Shown here: piece after piece, positions 39,674-52,764 of the stretch
Numbering within the stretch: position 1 is the first letter of the stretch
How the letters are laid out: each line of letters starts with the position of its first letter
From: an uncultured bacterium
GTDB lineage: Bacteria > Babelota > Babeliae > Babelales > Vermiphilaceae
DNA: 64,000 nucleotides
Assembly: GCA_963702025.1 (NCBI GenBank)
Contig: OY969699.1
Coordinates: 768,001 to 832,000, forward strand
Reading direction: 5' to 3'
Position numbers and translations under genes: made by a program
Notes under the pieces: model-generated
The model's input: only the letters and a program-made list of their open reading frames with translations
What the model was told of the DNA's origin: nothing
Databases searched by the model: none

Positions 39674-40960
39674 TTATGTGTCTTGAAACTCAAACGGCAA
39701 CATTCTTTTTGCAAGCTCAAATTTTTCAATAATTTCTTGTCGGTCACGGCCACCGATATTCATGAGGCCATACCGATAACTCTTGCCATCTTGCAACTGA
39801 TCGGAAAGTAGTTCACCTTCGCTGGTATATACGTATATTCGAATATCAGGTATCGCTTCTTTTACTTTTTCTATATCAGCTGAGCTGGGCACTTTTACTA
39901 CTTTTTTATTTTCAAAAAGACGCAAAACACAGCTTGCCGCCATCGCATAGTTACCCTTTGCCCGCGGCAGCACGGGTTGTTTTCCTGTTGCAACGTCGAG
40001 TGCAACACGGTAAGCGTTAAAGCCTTCAACTTTTTCATAAAGATCGGCAAATTGTGAAGAAAATCGCGGGTTAACTTCTATAATATGAATCTCATCGGTT
40101 ACCGGATTATACATCATTTCTATATTAAACAATGAATTATTAAAATTGATGCCCGTTAAAAAACGCGCAGCAATATCTGCCATTCTTTGCTGCACATTTT
40201 CAGGCAATACGGATGGATATTCAAAGCGAGAAAAGCTTATGGTTCCGGGGAACATAATTGAATCAGTAATACCAATAGTATGGCACACATTATCTTGCAC
40301 AAACCCTTCAACGTTCACTTGCTGGCCGTGCAAGAATCCCTCGGCAATAAAATAGTCCCCGCTCATATCTATGGAAGAATAATGCTGAAGAAACCAATTA
40401 AACTGATATAAAAACCGATCAGACATACTGCCCGTTTTTGTTACAAAATTCGTAAGCTCCGGTAAAGATTCAATCTTATTGGCTAAAAAAGAAAAATATG
40501 CTTTTACTGGTTTTACAAAAACAGGAAATTGCAAAGAAAATGTTTTTGGATCAAATGAATTGGGATTAATAAGTTCAAATCCGGGTGTAGCTTCAGGAAC
40601 CAATTGGGCCTGTAAACAGCGTGCATAATATTTATGCTGGCATTCTAATATTGGAGCAGATGAAGGTGCAATGAACTTTTTATTGTAGGCAATAATACTG
40701 GCATAAATGCTTCCGGGGTAATCGTCGGAAGAAAGAACACCCGTTATTGCATGCGTATCACAAAATTCTAATAATTCGTTAATAATAAGTGCGGGATTAC
40801 TTTTTTCAAATTGTCCATCATAGTTTCTGGCGAGAATGCGCTCAAATGATGTTTCATCATAATCATGAAATTCTACTACTACATCACCAATTATATGTGG
40901 TGATGATAATTCACACCTATCTCTCTTGGTAGGACAAATTACTAAAATTTTTTGCTTCAT
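39674..40960 (-). CDS. ATP-grasp domain protein
   Basis: HKYYAR, FPVFVKP, AEGFLHG, FNIE, IIEVNPR motifs. Confidence 0.85.
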   Translation of the reverse strand: MKQKILVICPTKRDRCELSSPHIIGDVVVEFHDYDETSFERILARNYDGQFEKSNPALIINELLEFCDTHAITGVLSSDDYPGSIYASIIAYNKKFIAPSSAPILECQHKYYARCLQAQLVPEATPGFELINPNSFDPKTFSLQFPVFVKPVKAYFSFLANKIESLPELTNFVTKTGSMSDRFLYQFNWFLQHYSSIDMSGDYFIAEGFLHGQQVNVEGFVQDNVCHTIGITDSIMFPGTISFSRFEYPSVLPENVQQRMADIAARFLTGINFNNSLFNIEMMYNPVTDEIHIIEVNPRFSSQFADLYEKVEGFNAYRVALDVATGKQPVLPRAKGNYAMAASCVLRLFENKKVVKVPSSADIEKVKEAIPDIRIYVYTSEGELLSDQLQDGKSYRYGLMNIGGRDRQEIIEKFELAKRMLPFEFQDT

Positions 40961-40987
40961 TAGATCTCTTTTTGAAACTTGCTCGAA

Positions 40988-41160
40988 TGGTTCGATCCGG
41001 CCTACGCCCCGGCTTCGGCGGACAGGCCGAGCGTTTACTCCCTCGCTTGCTGCGCCCGGCGTCCTTCGATACGAAAACTGCGTTTTCTACTCAGGATGAG
41101 CGGAAGAACGCGGTTACTCCCGAGCCCTGTCGAGGGACTTGGTCAAGACGGGTCGAAGGG
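40988..41160. repeat. Composite cluster of type A, B and C repeats
   Basis: ATGGTTCGAT[GCCTACGC..GCTTCGGCGGACAGGC..GCGTTTACTCCC]; TCCTTCGATAC..TACTCAGGATGAGCGGA; TTACTCCCGAGC..GTCGAGGGA. Confidence 0.85.
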
Positions 41161-41215
41161 TGCGAGTGGTAAAAACAACATAGTGTCAAAAGAAGTCTAG
41201 TATAGATTTTTTTGT

Positions 41216-43060
41216 TTATTCAACCGTAACCGATTTTGCCAGATTTCGCGGCTTATCAATGGGTCTATTTAACTCTTTTGCTATCTGATACACAAAAAAT
41301 TGCATAAGACCGGTCATTGCAAGCGGTACCAATAACGGCTTAATGCGTGGCATAACAAACACTTGATCGGCAAGCGCCATAATCTCGTGTTGCCCTTCTA
41401 AAGCAAAAACCACCAGATGCCCCTGACGGGCTTTAATTTCTTGTGCATTCGATACTAATTTTTGATAAATAAGAGGATCTTCATGAGAAAAGATGAATAC
41501 CGGCGTCTGCGAATCAATCAATGCCAAAGGCCCATGCTTTAATTCGCCTGCCGGATAACATTGGGCAAAAATATAGGAAATTTCTTTTAATTTCAGCGCT
41601 GCCTCGAGGGCAAAGGGATAACTGATATGTCTTCCCAAAAAGATCGCTTTTTTAAATTGGGCATAAAATTTTGCTAACCGTTGAATAATGTCACGCTTAT
41701 AGTTTTCAATACTGTTTTCAAGAACTTCCGCAACCACCAAGAGATCTTCTTCGGCCGTTTCCAGTTGCGCCCGGGTAATAATTCCCTTTTCTAATGCCAG
41801 ACGGTGGGCAAGCCAATATAATGCAGTGATCTGTGTTGAAAATGCCTTGGTGGAGGCGACGGCTATTTCTTGGCCCGCTTGCGTGAGTAAAAAACCATCC
41901 GCTTCGCGCACCATAGTGCTTGAAGGAACATTGGTAAGCGCAATTGTTGGCAAATGCATTCCATTGATCATGCGCAATGCTTCGAGTGTATCTGCCGTTT
42001 CACCCGACTGTGAAATAAAAATATAGGCACTATTTCTTTCAGGGAAAAAAGACATGTACCGAAATTCGGAAGCCAAATGTACTCGCGTAGGAATTAGACA
42101 GATTTGTTCAAAGAAAAATTGCGCAATTCTTGCAGCATGCCATGACGTGCCACAACCAATTAATATTATCTTTTCCAAATTCTTTGCTTGCTCCTTTGAA
42201 AGTCCCACATGATCCCAAATCATCGTACTGATTGAACGCAAAAAGATAACACTGTTGTAGATTGCATTTTTTTGATCATAAATCTCTTTGAGCATATGAT
42301 GCTCGTATCCCTTTTTTTCTGATTCTGACCAATCGATCTTTATTTCTTGCACAGGCAGCGGTAAGGGTTTGCCCCAAAAATCATACAATTCGATCATATC
42401 TTTTTTAACCAATGCAAAACTTTCATCGGGTAAAAAAAGTATTTTGTCTGTTTTTCCGGCAAAAGCGAGCGGATCGGATGCAATAAACATCTCATTATCG
42501 CCAACGCCAATGCACAAGGGTGACCGTTTGCGCACTAAAAGCATTTGATCATCATAATCCTGCAAAAGAATCGCACAGGCAAATGCACCTTCAATGCGCG
42601 CAAGAAGATCAACGATGGCACCTTTTAATGTGCTGTGAGAAGCTATGAGTATTTCTAAAAGATGCGCAATGGGTTCTGTATCTGTTTGCGAATGAAAAAT
42701 GTGACCGGCTTCTTCGAGCCTTGCGCGAATTTCATGATGATTTTCTATGATGCCATTATGAACAATGGCGATTGTTTTTTGACAATCAAATTGAGGATGG
42801 GCGTTTTCTTGTGATGATGTGCCGTGCGTTGACCACCGCGTGTGGCCCATGCCAACATGACCATCAATGGGATGTAAATCAAGTTCATGGATTAAATTTG
42901 AGAGGCGACCGGGAGACTTTTGATATAAGAATCGACTATCGACAGGATTCAAGCAGGCAAAACCGGCCGAATCATAGCCACGATATTCGAGCCTGCTCAA
43001 CCCATCCATCACAAATGTTTTGCTATAGTTTTTACCTATATAGCCAACAATTCCACACAC
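41216..43060 (-). CDS. glmS: Glutamine--fructose-6-phosphate aminotransferase
   Basis: GTG start CGIVG, LEYRGYDSAG, HTRW, SQSGETAD, PRNLAKSVTVE. Confidence 0.98.
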   Translation of the reverse strand: MCGIVGYIGKNYSKTFVMDGLSRLEYRGYDSAGFACLNPVDSRFLYQKSPGRLSNLIHELDLHPIDGHVGMGHTRWSTHGTSSQENAHPQFDCQKTIAIVHNGIIENHHEIRARLEEAGHIFHSQTDTEPIAHLLEILIASHSTLKGAIVDLLARIEGAFACAILLQDYDDQMLLVRKRSPLCIGVGDNEMFIASDPLAFAGKTDKILFLPDESFALVKKDMIELYDFWGKPLPLPVQEIKIDWSESEKKGYEHHMLKEIYDQKNAIYNSVIFLRSISTMIWDHVGLSKEQAKNLEKIILIGCGTSWHAARIAQFFFEQICLIPTRVHLASEFRYMSFFPERNSAYIFISQSGETADTLEALRMINGMHLPTIALTNVPSSTMVREADGFLLTQAGQEIAVASTKAFSTQITALYWLAHRLALEKGIITRAQLETAEEDLLVVAEVLENSIENYKRDIIQRLAKFYAQFKKAIFLGRHISYPFALEAALKLKEISYIFAQCYPAGELKHGPLALIDSQTPVFIFSHEDPLIYQKLVSNAQEIKARQGHLVVFALEGQHEIMALADQVFVMPRIKPLLVPLAMTGLMQFFVYQIAKELNRPIDKPRNLAKSVTVE

Positions 43061-43094
43061 AGGATCTCCCTTTTTTTGGAGAGGTAAGCGTGTA

Positions 43095-43541
43095 TTAACG
43101 TTTTACAAACTGGAATCTTCTACGAGCTGCTTTGCGTCCGTATTTTTTACGTTCCTTCAAACGCGAATCAACTGTCAAAAGATCATGTTGACGAAGTGCG
43201 GGTCTTAAGCGACTATCAACTGCCAACATCGCACGCGAAATGCCAAGTTTAATTGCATCAGCTTGTGAGCACACGCCACCGCCAATTACATTCACTTCAA
43301 CATCGAACAGAGCTTCAGCCGGAAGCACGCGAAATGGGGTTGATGCTCTAAGACGAGTTACTTCTGTGTCAAAATAGTCTTTAAAATCTTTACCATTAAC
43401 TACAATTGCCCCTTTTCCGGCACGAAGCCATACACGAGCAACAGAGGACTTACGACGACCCACGCCGTGAGCCAAAGGTGCTACTGAACGAACTTTAGTT
43501 TTTGGAGTTTTTGTAGCAGTAGTGGTTTTTGCTTTGATCAT
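43095..43541 (-). CDS. rpsI: 30S ribosomal protein S9
   Basis: GRRKSSVARV, GGG..SQA, ERKKYG..ARRRFQFVKR. Confidence 0.98.
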   Translation of the reverse strand: MIKAKTTTATKTPKTKVRSVAPLAHGVGRRKSSVARVWLRAGKGAIVVNGKDFKDYFDTEVTRLRASTPFRVLPAEALFDVEVNVIGGGVCSQADAIKLGISRAMLAVDSRLRPALRQHDLLTVDSRLKERKKYGRKAARRRFQFVKR

Positions 43542-43592
43542 AATGAATGAACCTAATAACCTTATTTTTTTGCTGAAATATACATCATTTCT

Positions 43593-43620
43593 AGAATATC
43601 GAGGATCGCAAAAATGTCAA
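43593..43620 (-). promoter_or_regulatory. Sigma70 promoter for rpsI-glmS
   Basis: TTGACA-N16-TATTCT. Confidence 0.65.
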
Positions 43621-43621
43621 A

Positions 43622-43819
43622 CCGTCTACGCTTGTCCGGGCCTTTCATCCTTCGCTAAAGCTTCGGATGACGCGGCCGGCTTTTGGCAAGCGGAGTTTAT
43701 CCTGAGCAAACGTAGTGAGTCGAAGGGGCGCGCAACCTTCGCTTTTTGCTATCAAGTTGTATTAATATCAATCCTTAACATGCTGGCGACAGCCAACCGT
43801 AGCTCGAAAGAGCGAAGGT

Positions 43820-43822
<3 letters not shown>
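43622..43822. repeat. Repeat cluster (types A and B) downstream of tRNA-Thr
   Basis: TCCTTCGCTAAAGCTTCGGA; ATCCTGAG..GTCGAAGG; CCAACCGTAGCTCGAAAGAGCGAAGGTTGG. Confidence 0.75.
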
Positions 43823-43894
<72 letters not shown>

Positions 43895-43904
43895 ATGAGT
43901 TTAC

Positions 43905-43945
43905 CCGTTCGTCCTGAGGAGCACCGAAGGTGCGTCTCGAAGGAT
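43905..43945 (+). repeat. Type A palindromic repeat
   Basis: CCGTTCGTCCTGAGGAGCACCGAAGGTGCGTCTCGAAGGA. Confidence 0.85.
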
Positions 43946-44106
43946 ACTTCAGGATCAGCACGAATGGTACCAATAATACCATATTTTTAGAAAAGCGGAA
44001 TAAGCGAGCATGTTATTGAAAGAATTTGACTGATGCCAAAGAAATCGATTAGCAATTATTCAAATTGCATTTTTTTAACGCACGAGTGTTATAGTGTCAT
44101 TATTGC

Positions 44107-44469
44107 CTATTCTTCAATCCCTTTACCCTCTTCAAATGCTTCTTGGCACGCCAAACAACGCGTAGCATCCGGGTATAATTTTAGGCGTTTTTCAGAGATT
44201 GGCAGTTCACAATCAACGCAAATGCCATAGGTGCCTTCATCGATCATTTTTAAGGCTTTTGCAATGCGATTCAATTCCCCGATCCAAGTGTCTTGTAATG
44301 AAGATCTAAGGCTTTCCATGGTGGAGGTCATTGCTTGGTCGCCCGGATCTTGCACTTCATCATCAGAGAACTTTTTAGAATTGGCAAGCTCTTGTTCAAG
44401 CTCTAATTTACGTGCCAGAAGATCTTTTTTAACGTGTTCGAATTTTTTTTGGTTCTTTGCTTCACTCAT
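44107..44469 (-). CDS. dksA: DksA/TraR C4 zinc-finger protein
   Basis: Coiled coil with DPGDQA (DxxDxA), YGICVDC..I...RL..P....CLAC. Confidence 0.85.
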   Translation of the reverse strand: MSEAKNQKKFEHVKKDLLARKLELEQELANSKKFSDDEVQDPGDQAMTSTMESLRSSLQDTWIGELNRIAKALKMIDEGTYGICVDCELPISEKRLKLYPDATRCLACQEAFEEGKGIEE

Positions 44470-44944
44470 TTTTTTTCCTTTTTTGTTTAAAAAATTGCTG
44501 CAAGAGCAAAATGGAATCTTTTTCAAGAACTCCGCTAATAATAGCAAGAGAATCTTTTTTGTATAGCCTTTCTGGCTGCTCTTTTTCAATTTTACTTGAA
44601 CCAAATAACGGGGAAGCGGCTCCAAAAATCACCGTGTCCAACCGAGAAAGAATTATCGCGTTCATGCACATGGCGCATGGTTCAAGCGTTACATACAACG
44701 AACATCCTTCAAGTCGCCAGTCTCCCATTTTTTTTCCCGCTTTTGCAAGAGCACGCAATTCGGCATGAGCAGTTTGGCTCTTTTGACGCACCACGGCATT
44801 ATTGGCACAAGAAATAATATCCCCTTTTGCATCAACTATGACGGCCCCCACAGGAACTTCATCATGAGCTACTGCTTTTTGGGCCTGCTCGATTGCTTTA
44901 CGCATATACTGGGTATGATCAGCGGAAGGGGTAATAGTTTTCAT
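44462..44944 (-). CDS. tadA: tRNA adenosine deaminase
   Basis: EVPVGAVIV, TAHAE, WRL, TLEPCAMC. Confidence 0.9.
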   Translation of the reverse strand: MKTITPSADHTQYMRKAIEQAQKAVAHDEVPVGAVIVDAKGDIISCANNAVVRQKSQTAHAELRALAKAGKKMGDWRLEGCSLYVTLEPCAMCMNAIILSRLDTVIFGAASPLFGSSKIEKEQPERLYKKDSLAIISGVLEKDSILLLQQFFKQKRKKNE

Positions 44945-45010
44945 CAGATAGTCTGTTGTAGTTAAAGTTAGAAAAAAATATTAATTTTTGTTACAATAAA
45001 TAGTAAATAA

Positions 45011-47535
<2,525 letters not shown>

Positions 47536-47536
<1 letters not shown>

Positions 47537-48513
47537 TGCATCATAAAAAACTAAAAGCAAACATCGCTACTTACATTGAAAAAAAGGGCCTCATTAATGA
47601 TGGGGCCCGTCTCATTATTGGTCTCTCGGGTGGCCCGGACTCCGTTTTTTTATTACACTTCTTGGCAAGCCTTCGTGAAGAAAAAAAATTAACACTCATT
47701 GCTGCGCATCTTGATCACGGCTGGCGCCCTGAATCTGCCAACGATGCACAATTTTGCAAAGAGCTCGCGAGCAACTATAACATTCCCTTCATTGGCAAAA
47801 CCATCACCGATTTACAGCTTTCGTTAAAATTTAATGGTTCACAAGAAGAAATTGGCAGAAAAGCACGCCGTGCATTTTTTGAATCTGTGGCAAAAGAACA
47901 TAATGCCACCGCAATTACTCTGGCGCATCACGCCGATGATCAGATGGAAACTTTTTTTATCAGGATGATGCGGGGCGCATCTTTATCCGGTCTTGTCGGC
48001 ATGAAGGCACAAGAAGGCTTGTACATTCGCCCATTACTGGAAACAAAAAAAGCTGTAATTCTTGCCTATCTTCATGAAAACAAGATTACTTATCTTCTCG
48101 ATGGGAGTAACCAATCCGATTCGTATCTACGCAACCGAATCCGCAACACCGCGATTCCCGGGTTGCAGCAGGTCGATGCCCGTTTTGACCACAATTTCAA
48201 CGCTACTCATGCACACTTGGCACAAACAGAAGAATTTTTGCAAGAATTGGCGCAACAAACAGTACGCACTATTTGCAATGAATCAGGCTCACTTGCCGTT
48301 GACAAATTACTTGCATTACATCCCGTTATTCGCCATCGCGTTTTAATTAATTGGCTGGTGGCACACCGGGTGCCATTTACCCCGTCACAAGGCTTGCTTG
48401 ATGAAATAATCAGATTTTTAGAAAAACCCGGAGATGGTCAACATATTTTTTATGGTAAATGGACCATTAATAAAAATAGTAATTCTGCATCAATTATTCT
48501 TATACGATCATAA
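47536..48513 (+). CDS. tilS: tRNA(Ile)-lysidine synthase (short form)
   Basis: SGGPDS, DHGWR, AHHADDQMET, RPLL, RNRIR. Confidence 0.95.
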
Positions 48514-48637
48514 GAAAGCCTTTTATCAAAAAATTTCAATTATAGGCTTACCATTTACAGCGCTGTATCAAATCATGTAGAATGAATGTGATAATAATTC
48601 GCCAATTATTTTTACCGATTTAAAACCAGGAGGTTAT

Positions 48638-49168
48638 ATGATCAAACAATTATTTTTAATTTTCACTTTCATAACTTATAATTGCATCGCTGAAGAGGAC
48701 CAAACGAAAATTACGACTATTCGAGAAACATACAAAAAATATATAGCCTATCTCATGCCCCAGGACGAAGAGCAAAAAGAAAAACCACAATACCGTTTAA
48801 TGGCCGAAATACTCAAAGAAAAACCGAATATTACCGCAGTGTCTTCGATCATAAAAGATAATGCTGTTGACCAGATTGATGATGGCCAATTCATTTCCCC
48901 CTTAATGGCAGCAACTATTTTTGGGCATAACGCTATTGTAGAATTGTTAATCAAAGCCAAAGTTGATATTAATCAAATAAATATAAGACAACAAAATGCC
49001 GTAATGATGGCAGCATTTGCCAACAATCAAGACGCTTTGAAAAAGTTAATCGAAGCGGGTGCAACGTTAGACGCCTACGATAATCTGTGTTGTGACGCGT
49101 TCGATTATGCAAAATGCAAAGAACATACGCGCGTAATGCAAATCTTATTAGAGGCTAAGCAAAGATAG
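48638..49168 (+). CDS. Exported ankyrin-repeat protein
   Basis: AGGAGG RBS, signal peptide, SPLMAA..G...IVELLI, AVMMAA..LIEAGA. Confidence 0.85.
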   Translation: MIKQLFLIFTFITYNCIAEEDQTKITTIRETYKKYIAYLMPQDEEQKEKPQYRLMAEILKEKPNITAVSSIIKDNAVDQIDDGQFISPLMAATIFGHNAIVELLIKAKVDINQINIRQQNAVMMAAFANNQDALKKLIEAGATLDAYDNLCCDAFDYAKCKEHTRVMQILLEAKQR

Positions 49169-49174
49169 AAAAAT

Positions 49175-49762
49175 CTATTTCTTAGAGACAAAGGCATTAT
49201 CTTTAATATAAAACCGTAATTTTTCATGTGATGCCTTGGAAATTCCCACGCGAGTAGTTACAACAATATCTTTTTGAGGAATCTCAGGCGCGTCAAGGAC
49301 ATATAATGGTCCCCGCTTGGTCACGTCAAGACCATTTAAATCGCCATTAATCGCCAACGCCTGGGTAAGTTTACCCGGACCGTTGGTCAGTCCGTTCACC
49401 GTATGTTTATTGCGCTTCTTCTCCATATATTCAATGCCTTCAAGTGGTTGCACCGCACGAATTAACACCCCGCCCGCAACACTATCTACTGAACGTGCAA
49501 CAAAATTTACACAATAATACATGCCATAGGTAAAATAGACGTAGGCATGCCCAACTTGCCCAAAAAGTGGCGCATTGCGATTTCGCTTGCCCCCATAAGC
49601 ATGGCTGGCCGCATCGTGAATACCGGTATATGCTTCCGTTTCAACAATAATTGCTTTTAAAATAGTAGTTTCATCAATCACGCGAACAATGATTTTGCCC
49701 AGCAATTCCTGCGCAACTAAAACCGTATCGCGGTGATAAAATGATCGTGTGAGTATCTTCAT
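49175..49762 (-). CDS. mpg: DNA-3-methyladenine glycosylase (AAG/MPG family)
   Basis: VAQELLG, IVETEAY, AYVYFTYGMY, VLIRA, NGPGKL, RVGI. Confidence 0.93.
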   Translation of the reverse strand: MKILTRSFYHRDTVLVAQELLGKIIVRVIDETTILKAIIVETEAYTGIHDAASHAYGGKRNRNAPLFGQVGHAYVYFTYGMYYCVNFVARSVDSVAGGVLIRAVQPLEGIEYMEKKRNKHTVNGLTNGPGKLTQALAINGDLNGLDVTKRGPLYVLDAPEIPQKDIVVTTRVGISKASHEKLRFYIKDNAFVSKK

Positions 49763-49866
49763 ACTTAAAAGTATGCACGGCCGGGCAGGATAAATCAAAT
49801 CTAGTAAAGCCCCGGCAAATACCCTAAACTTGTTTTGAGAGAATATTGCCAGAAAAAGGGAACCGC

Positions 49867-50841
49867 ATGGAGCAAAGCCGCCGCCGTATCCGCGCACTAA
49901 TTATTAGCGTCTCTTTACTCGTACATTTACTGGCACTCATCTTTTTTTTAATTTTGTATGAGGCCCCCGCATCACATAATTTTTTGATGTCCTTTGATAC
50001 GGCAGACATTCCCCATATACCTGAGACCATTTTTTACAACCAACCCAATGCATCTTCTGAAACCGCACCCGATGATCAGCACAATAATACTCAAGAAGAT
50101 ACCGAATGGGCTGCCCTCAAACCGCGCGCCAGCACCTTGGCAGCCTCCATGGAAATGCCGTATGAAGAAATTGGCCCTGAACAAGATGCTGCACCCCAAG
50201 ACATTTCTTTTGATGATTCAGCAGTTTTTGAAGATCAGCCGACGCAGACTGCGAATGAAGCAGATACTTCCAGAATGGTTGAAGGCATTAAGGGGGAAGA
50301 AATAATCCCGGGCCCCTCTACGATTGTGGTCACCAAAGAGGGACCGGCAGCAGCACACAAAAAAGCAGCGCAAATAAAAAAAGCAAAGGCACAAAGAGCG
50401 ATTGCCAGCATAACGCGGGGCTACTTGGAACAATTAACCAATGAGGGAACTGATTTGATAAAAACAATTGGTGGTGATCCCAATAAACGGCCGACCGCCC
50501 AGCAGTTAAAACATGAGCGCTATTTGGCCAAAATACAATGGTGCTTGCAAAACTCCCATAATATCAATAAAGAGAAATGTCTCACTGCTGAGCCAATTCA
50601 TGCAACGATGAAGGTCTACTTTGCTCTCAAAAAAAATGGGGCAATGGAATCATTACAGATCCTGCAATCTTCGGGGAATCCATTTGTGGATAATTACATA
50701 AAAACATTATTTGAACATGCCAGCAGCTCCTTTCCACCCGTACCATCATATATCACCGAAGAACCGTATAAGCTACTCTATCATGTATTGGTTAACTGGA
50801 ATGTGAGCCAACCGTACAATATGGGTTTTTACCGTGAATAA
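49867..50841 (+). CDS. TonB/TolA C-terminal domain protein
   Basis: TM with S..VH motif, acidic linker, C-terminal G......I.QSSG...D..........FPP.P. Confidence 0.65.
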   Translation: MEQSRRRIRALIISVSLLVHLLALIFFLILYEAPASHNFLMSFDTADIPHIPETIFYNQPNASSETAPDDQHNNTQEDTEWAALKPRASTLAASMEMPYEEIGPEQDAAPQDISFDDSAVFEDQPTQTANEADTSRMVEGIKGEEIIPGPSTIVVTKEGPAAAHKKAAQIKKAKAQRAIASITRGYLEQLTNEGTDLIKTIGGDPNKRPTAQQLKHERYLAKIQWCLQNSHNINKEKCLTAEPIHATMKVYFALKKNGAMESLQILQSSGNPFVDNYIKTLFEHASSSFPPVPSYITEEPYKLLYHVLVNWNVSQPYNMGFYRE

Positions 50842-50939
50842 ATTCAATTGAAGAAGTTATTTATCATACTCTTGCATCTAAAAAAAAATAATCTTAAGCT
50901 GAATCAAAATCGTTATAATTCTCAAGGTAAGGAGATGTT

Positions 50940-51098
50940 ATGAAAATAGTTAAACTTTTATTAGCAGTTGCTCTTGTAGCAGGTTGCAGCTTGCAGGCAG
51001 ATGAACGCTGTGGTTGTAATAAACCAAACAACAACCCGGCTAACCAAAATAAACCCCGCCCAGGAATGCCAGTTAAAAGGGTGCAACCAAAAAAATAA
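50940..51098 (+). CDS. 52-aa exported protein or lipoprotein (absent from the ORF track)
   Basis: AAGGAG RBS; MKIVKLLLAVALVAGCSLQADERCGCNKP..VQPKK-stop; followed by a terminator. Confidence 0.8.
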   Translation: MKIVKLLLAVALVAGCSLQADERCGCNKPNNNPANQNKPRPGMPVKRVQPKK

Positions 51099-51115
51099 AA
51101 TCCGTTTTAGATTGC

Positions 51116-51146
51116 AAGAGGAGGGCACTTATGCCCTCCTCTTTTA
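51116..51146 (+). terminator. Intrinsic terminator
   Basis: AAGAGGAGGGCA-CTTA-TGCCCTCCTCTT followed by TT. Confidence 0.8.
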
Positions 51147-51607
51147 TTGAACATCCTTCCTTTGAAAGCGATTAATCAAAGAATAAAAATACAATTTGAA
51201 TTTTTAAAATTTATCATATTGACATTTTTTTTAAATTAGAGATCCCAATAGATAGTTATTCGTTAAAAAAATTCATTTAATGAAGACATTACATCCCTGT
51301 TGTATGATGGGTGACACTGAAGATAAAAAAAATTACGAAGCGGTGGTGCATTCCTTCTATAAACACTTGGTTTACCATACAATAGTAAAAAAGCTACCCT
51401 CGGCCAAGAATCATTTGCATTAACCGCACCATCAAAACAAGAATTACAGGCGTTGTATGAATTACCAACCTGTAAATTTTGCAAATGAGTAAAACTCCTT
51501 CAAAGGTAAACTGAACGCGCGAAATTCATACTTTTGCTTATTTTTTTATGCTATACTTGTGATAATCCAAACACATCAACAATATTTTCTATTAAGAAGT
51601 CAAAAAT

Positions 51608-52741
51608 ATGAGCAAAAAAGATTTTTATGACGTGCTGGGCATTCCCCGCACCGCCACTACCGACGAAATAAAAGCTGCCTACCGCAAATTGGCCCTGAAA
51701 TATCATCCTGATAGAAACCCAGACAATAAAGAAGCTGAAGAAAAGTTTAAAGAAGCGGCTGAAGCCTATGAAGTTCTTTCGGATGAAAAAAAGAGAAAAA
51801 CCTATGATCAATTTGGCCATGCAGGCATGGGTATGGGCGCCGGAGGAGGGCATGGTCCTCAAGGCATGAATATGGACGATATTTTTGCCAATTTCGGAGA
51901 TATCTTTGGGGACATTTTTGGCGAACAGCATCGCCCCAGCCGCAAAAAAGCAACAGGTCCTGAGCCTCGACGGGGCCATGATCTGCATAAAGATATCACC
52001 ATTAGCTTTAAAGAATCCTATACGGGCTCAAAACAAGAAGTGGGTTACTACCATTTTGAAGTATGCGATACCTGCAAAGGAAAAGGAACAAAGCCCGGCA
52101 CCAAACCGCAAGCATGCGCCACCTGTAAAGGAAGCGGGCAGATTCACTTTAGCCAGGGATTTTTTATGTATTCCCAGACCTGTTCAACCTGTGGCGGTCA
52201 AGGGTTTACCATTCCATCTCCCTGCCCAACGTGTAATGGCCAATCGCGCAAGCAAGTTTATGATAAATTCAGCGTTACAATTCCTGCCGGCATTTTTGAC
52301 GGCGCCGAATTACGCATTGCCGGCAAAGGTGATGCTGGTGTGTATGGTGGCTCATCCGGCGATCTCTTTTTGCGTGTCCATGTTACACCCGATGTCCATT
52401 TTAAACGAGCTGATGATGATTTAACCTGCACCGTTTTGCTTACCTATCCGCAGCTTGTTTTTGGCAGCCAGGTTGAGATTACCAATATTGATGGCACAAA
52501 AGAAACAATAAAAATCAGCAAGGGCTGTCCGGTTGGTGAACGCATTATGGTTGCCGGCAAAGGATTCCCTAAGCTCCGCGGATCCGGAAGGGGTAACTTA
52601 GTTATTATCACCAATTGTGATATTCCTAAAAAATTATCAGAAAAGGCAAAAGATTCTCTCACTGACTATTCAAAAGAGATTGGCACCGACACCCAAGGAA
52701 ACTCAGGAATTGCCGGCTTTTTTAAGAAATTTTTGGGCTAA
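51608..52741 (+). CDS. dnaJ: Chaperone DnaJ
   Basis: HPD J-domain, G/F region, four CxxCxGx(G) repeats. Confidence 0.98.
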   Translation: MSKKDFYDVLGIPRTATTDEIKAAYRKLALKYHPDRNPDNKEAEEKFKEAAEAYEVLSDEKKRKTYDQFGHAGMGMGAGGGHGPQGMNMDDIFANFGDIFGDIFGEQHRPSRKKATGPEPRRGHDLHKDITISFKESYTGSKQEVGYYHFEVCDTCKGKGTKPGTKPQACATCKGSGQIHFSQGFFMYSQTCSTCGGQGFTIPSPCPTCNGQSRKQVYDKFSVTIPAGIFDGAELRIAGKGDAGVYGGSSGDLFLRVHVTPDVHFKRADDDLTCTVLLTYPQLVFGSQVEITNIDGTKETIKISKGCPVGERIMVAGKGFPKLRGSGRGNLVIITNCDIPKKLSEKAKDSLTDYSKEIGTDTQGNSGIAGFFKKFLG

Positions 52742-52764
52742 GCCTTATTGATAAAAAAGGAGAA

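Noticed and set aside
40972..41200. Two short ORFs between the ATP-grasp gene and glmS
   Set aside because: Made almost entirely of GC-rich repeat sequence.
43061..43094. glmS ribozyme
   Set aside because: Only 34 nt separate rpsI and glmS, too short for the ribozyme.
51263..51488. Possible decayed gene upstream of dnaJ
   Set aside because: Short frames on both strands with several stops and no identifiable homology; cannot be supported without a search.
51490..51607. CIRCE/HrcA operator before dnaJ (also checked before lon)
   Set aside because: No TTAGCACTC-N9-GAGTGCTAA match seen.
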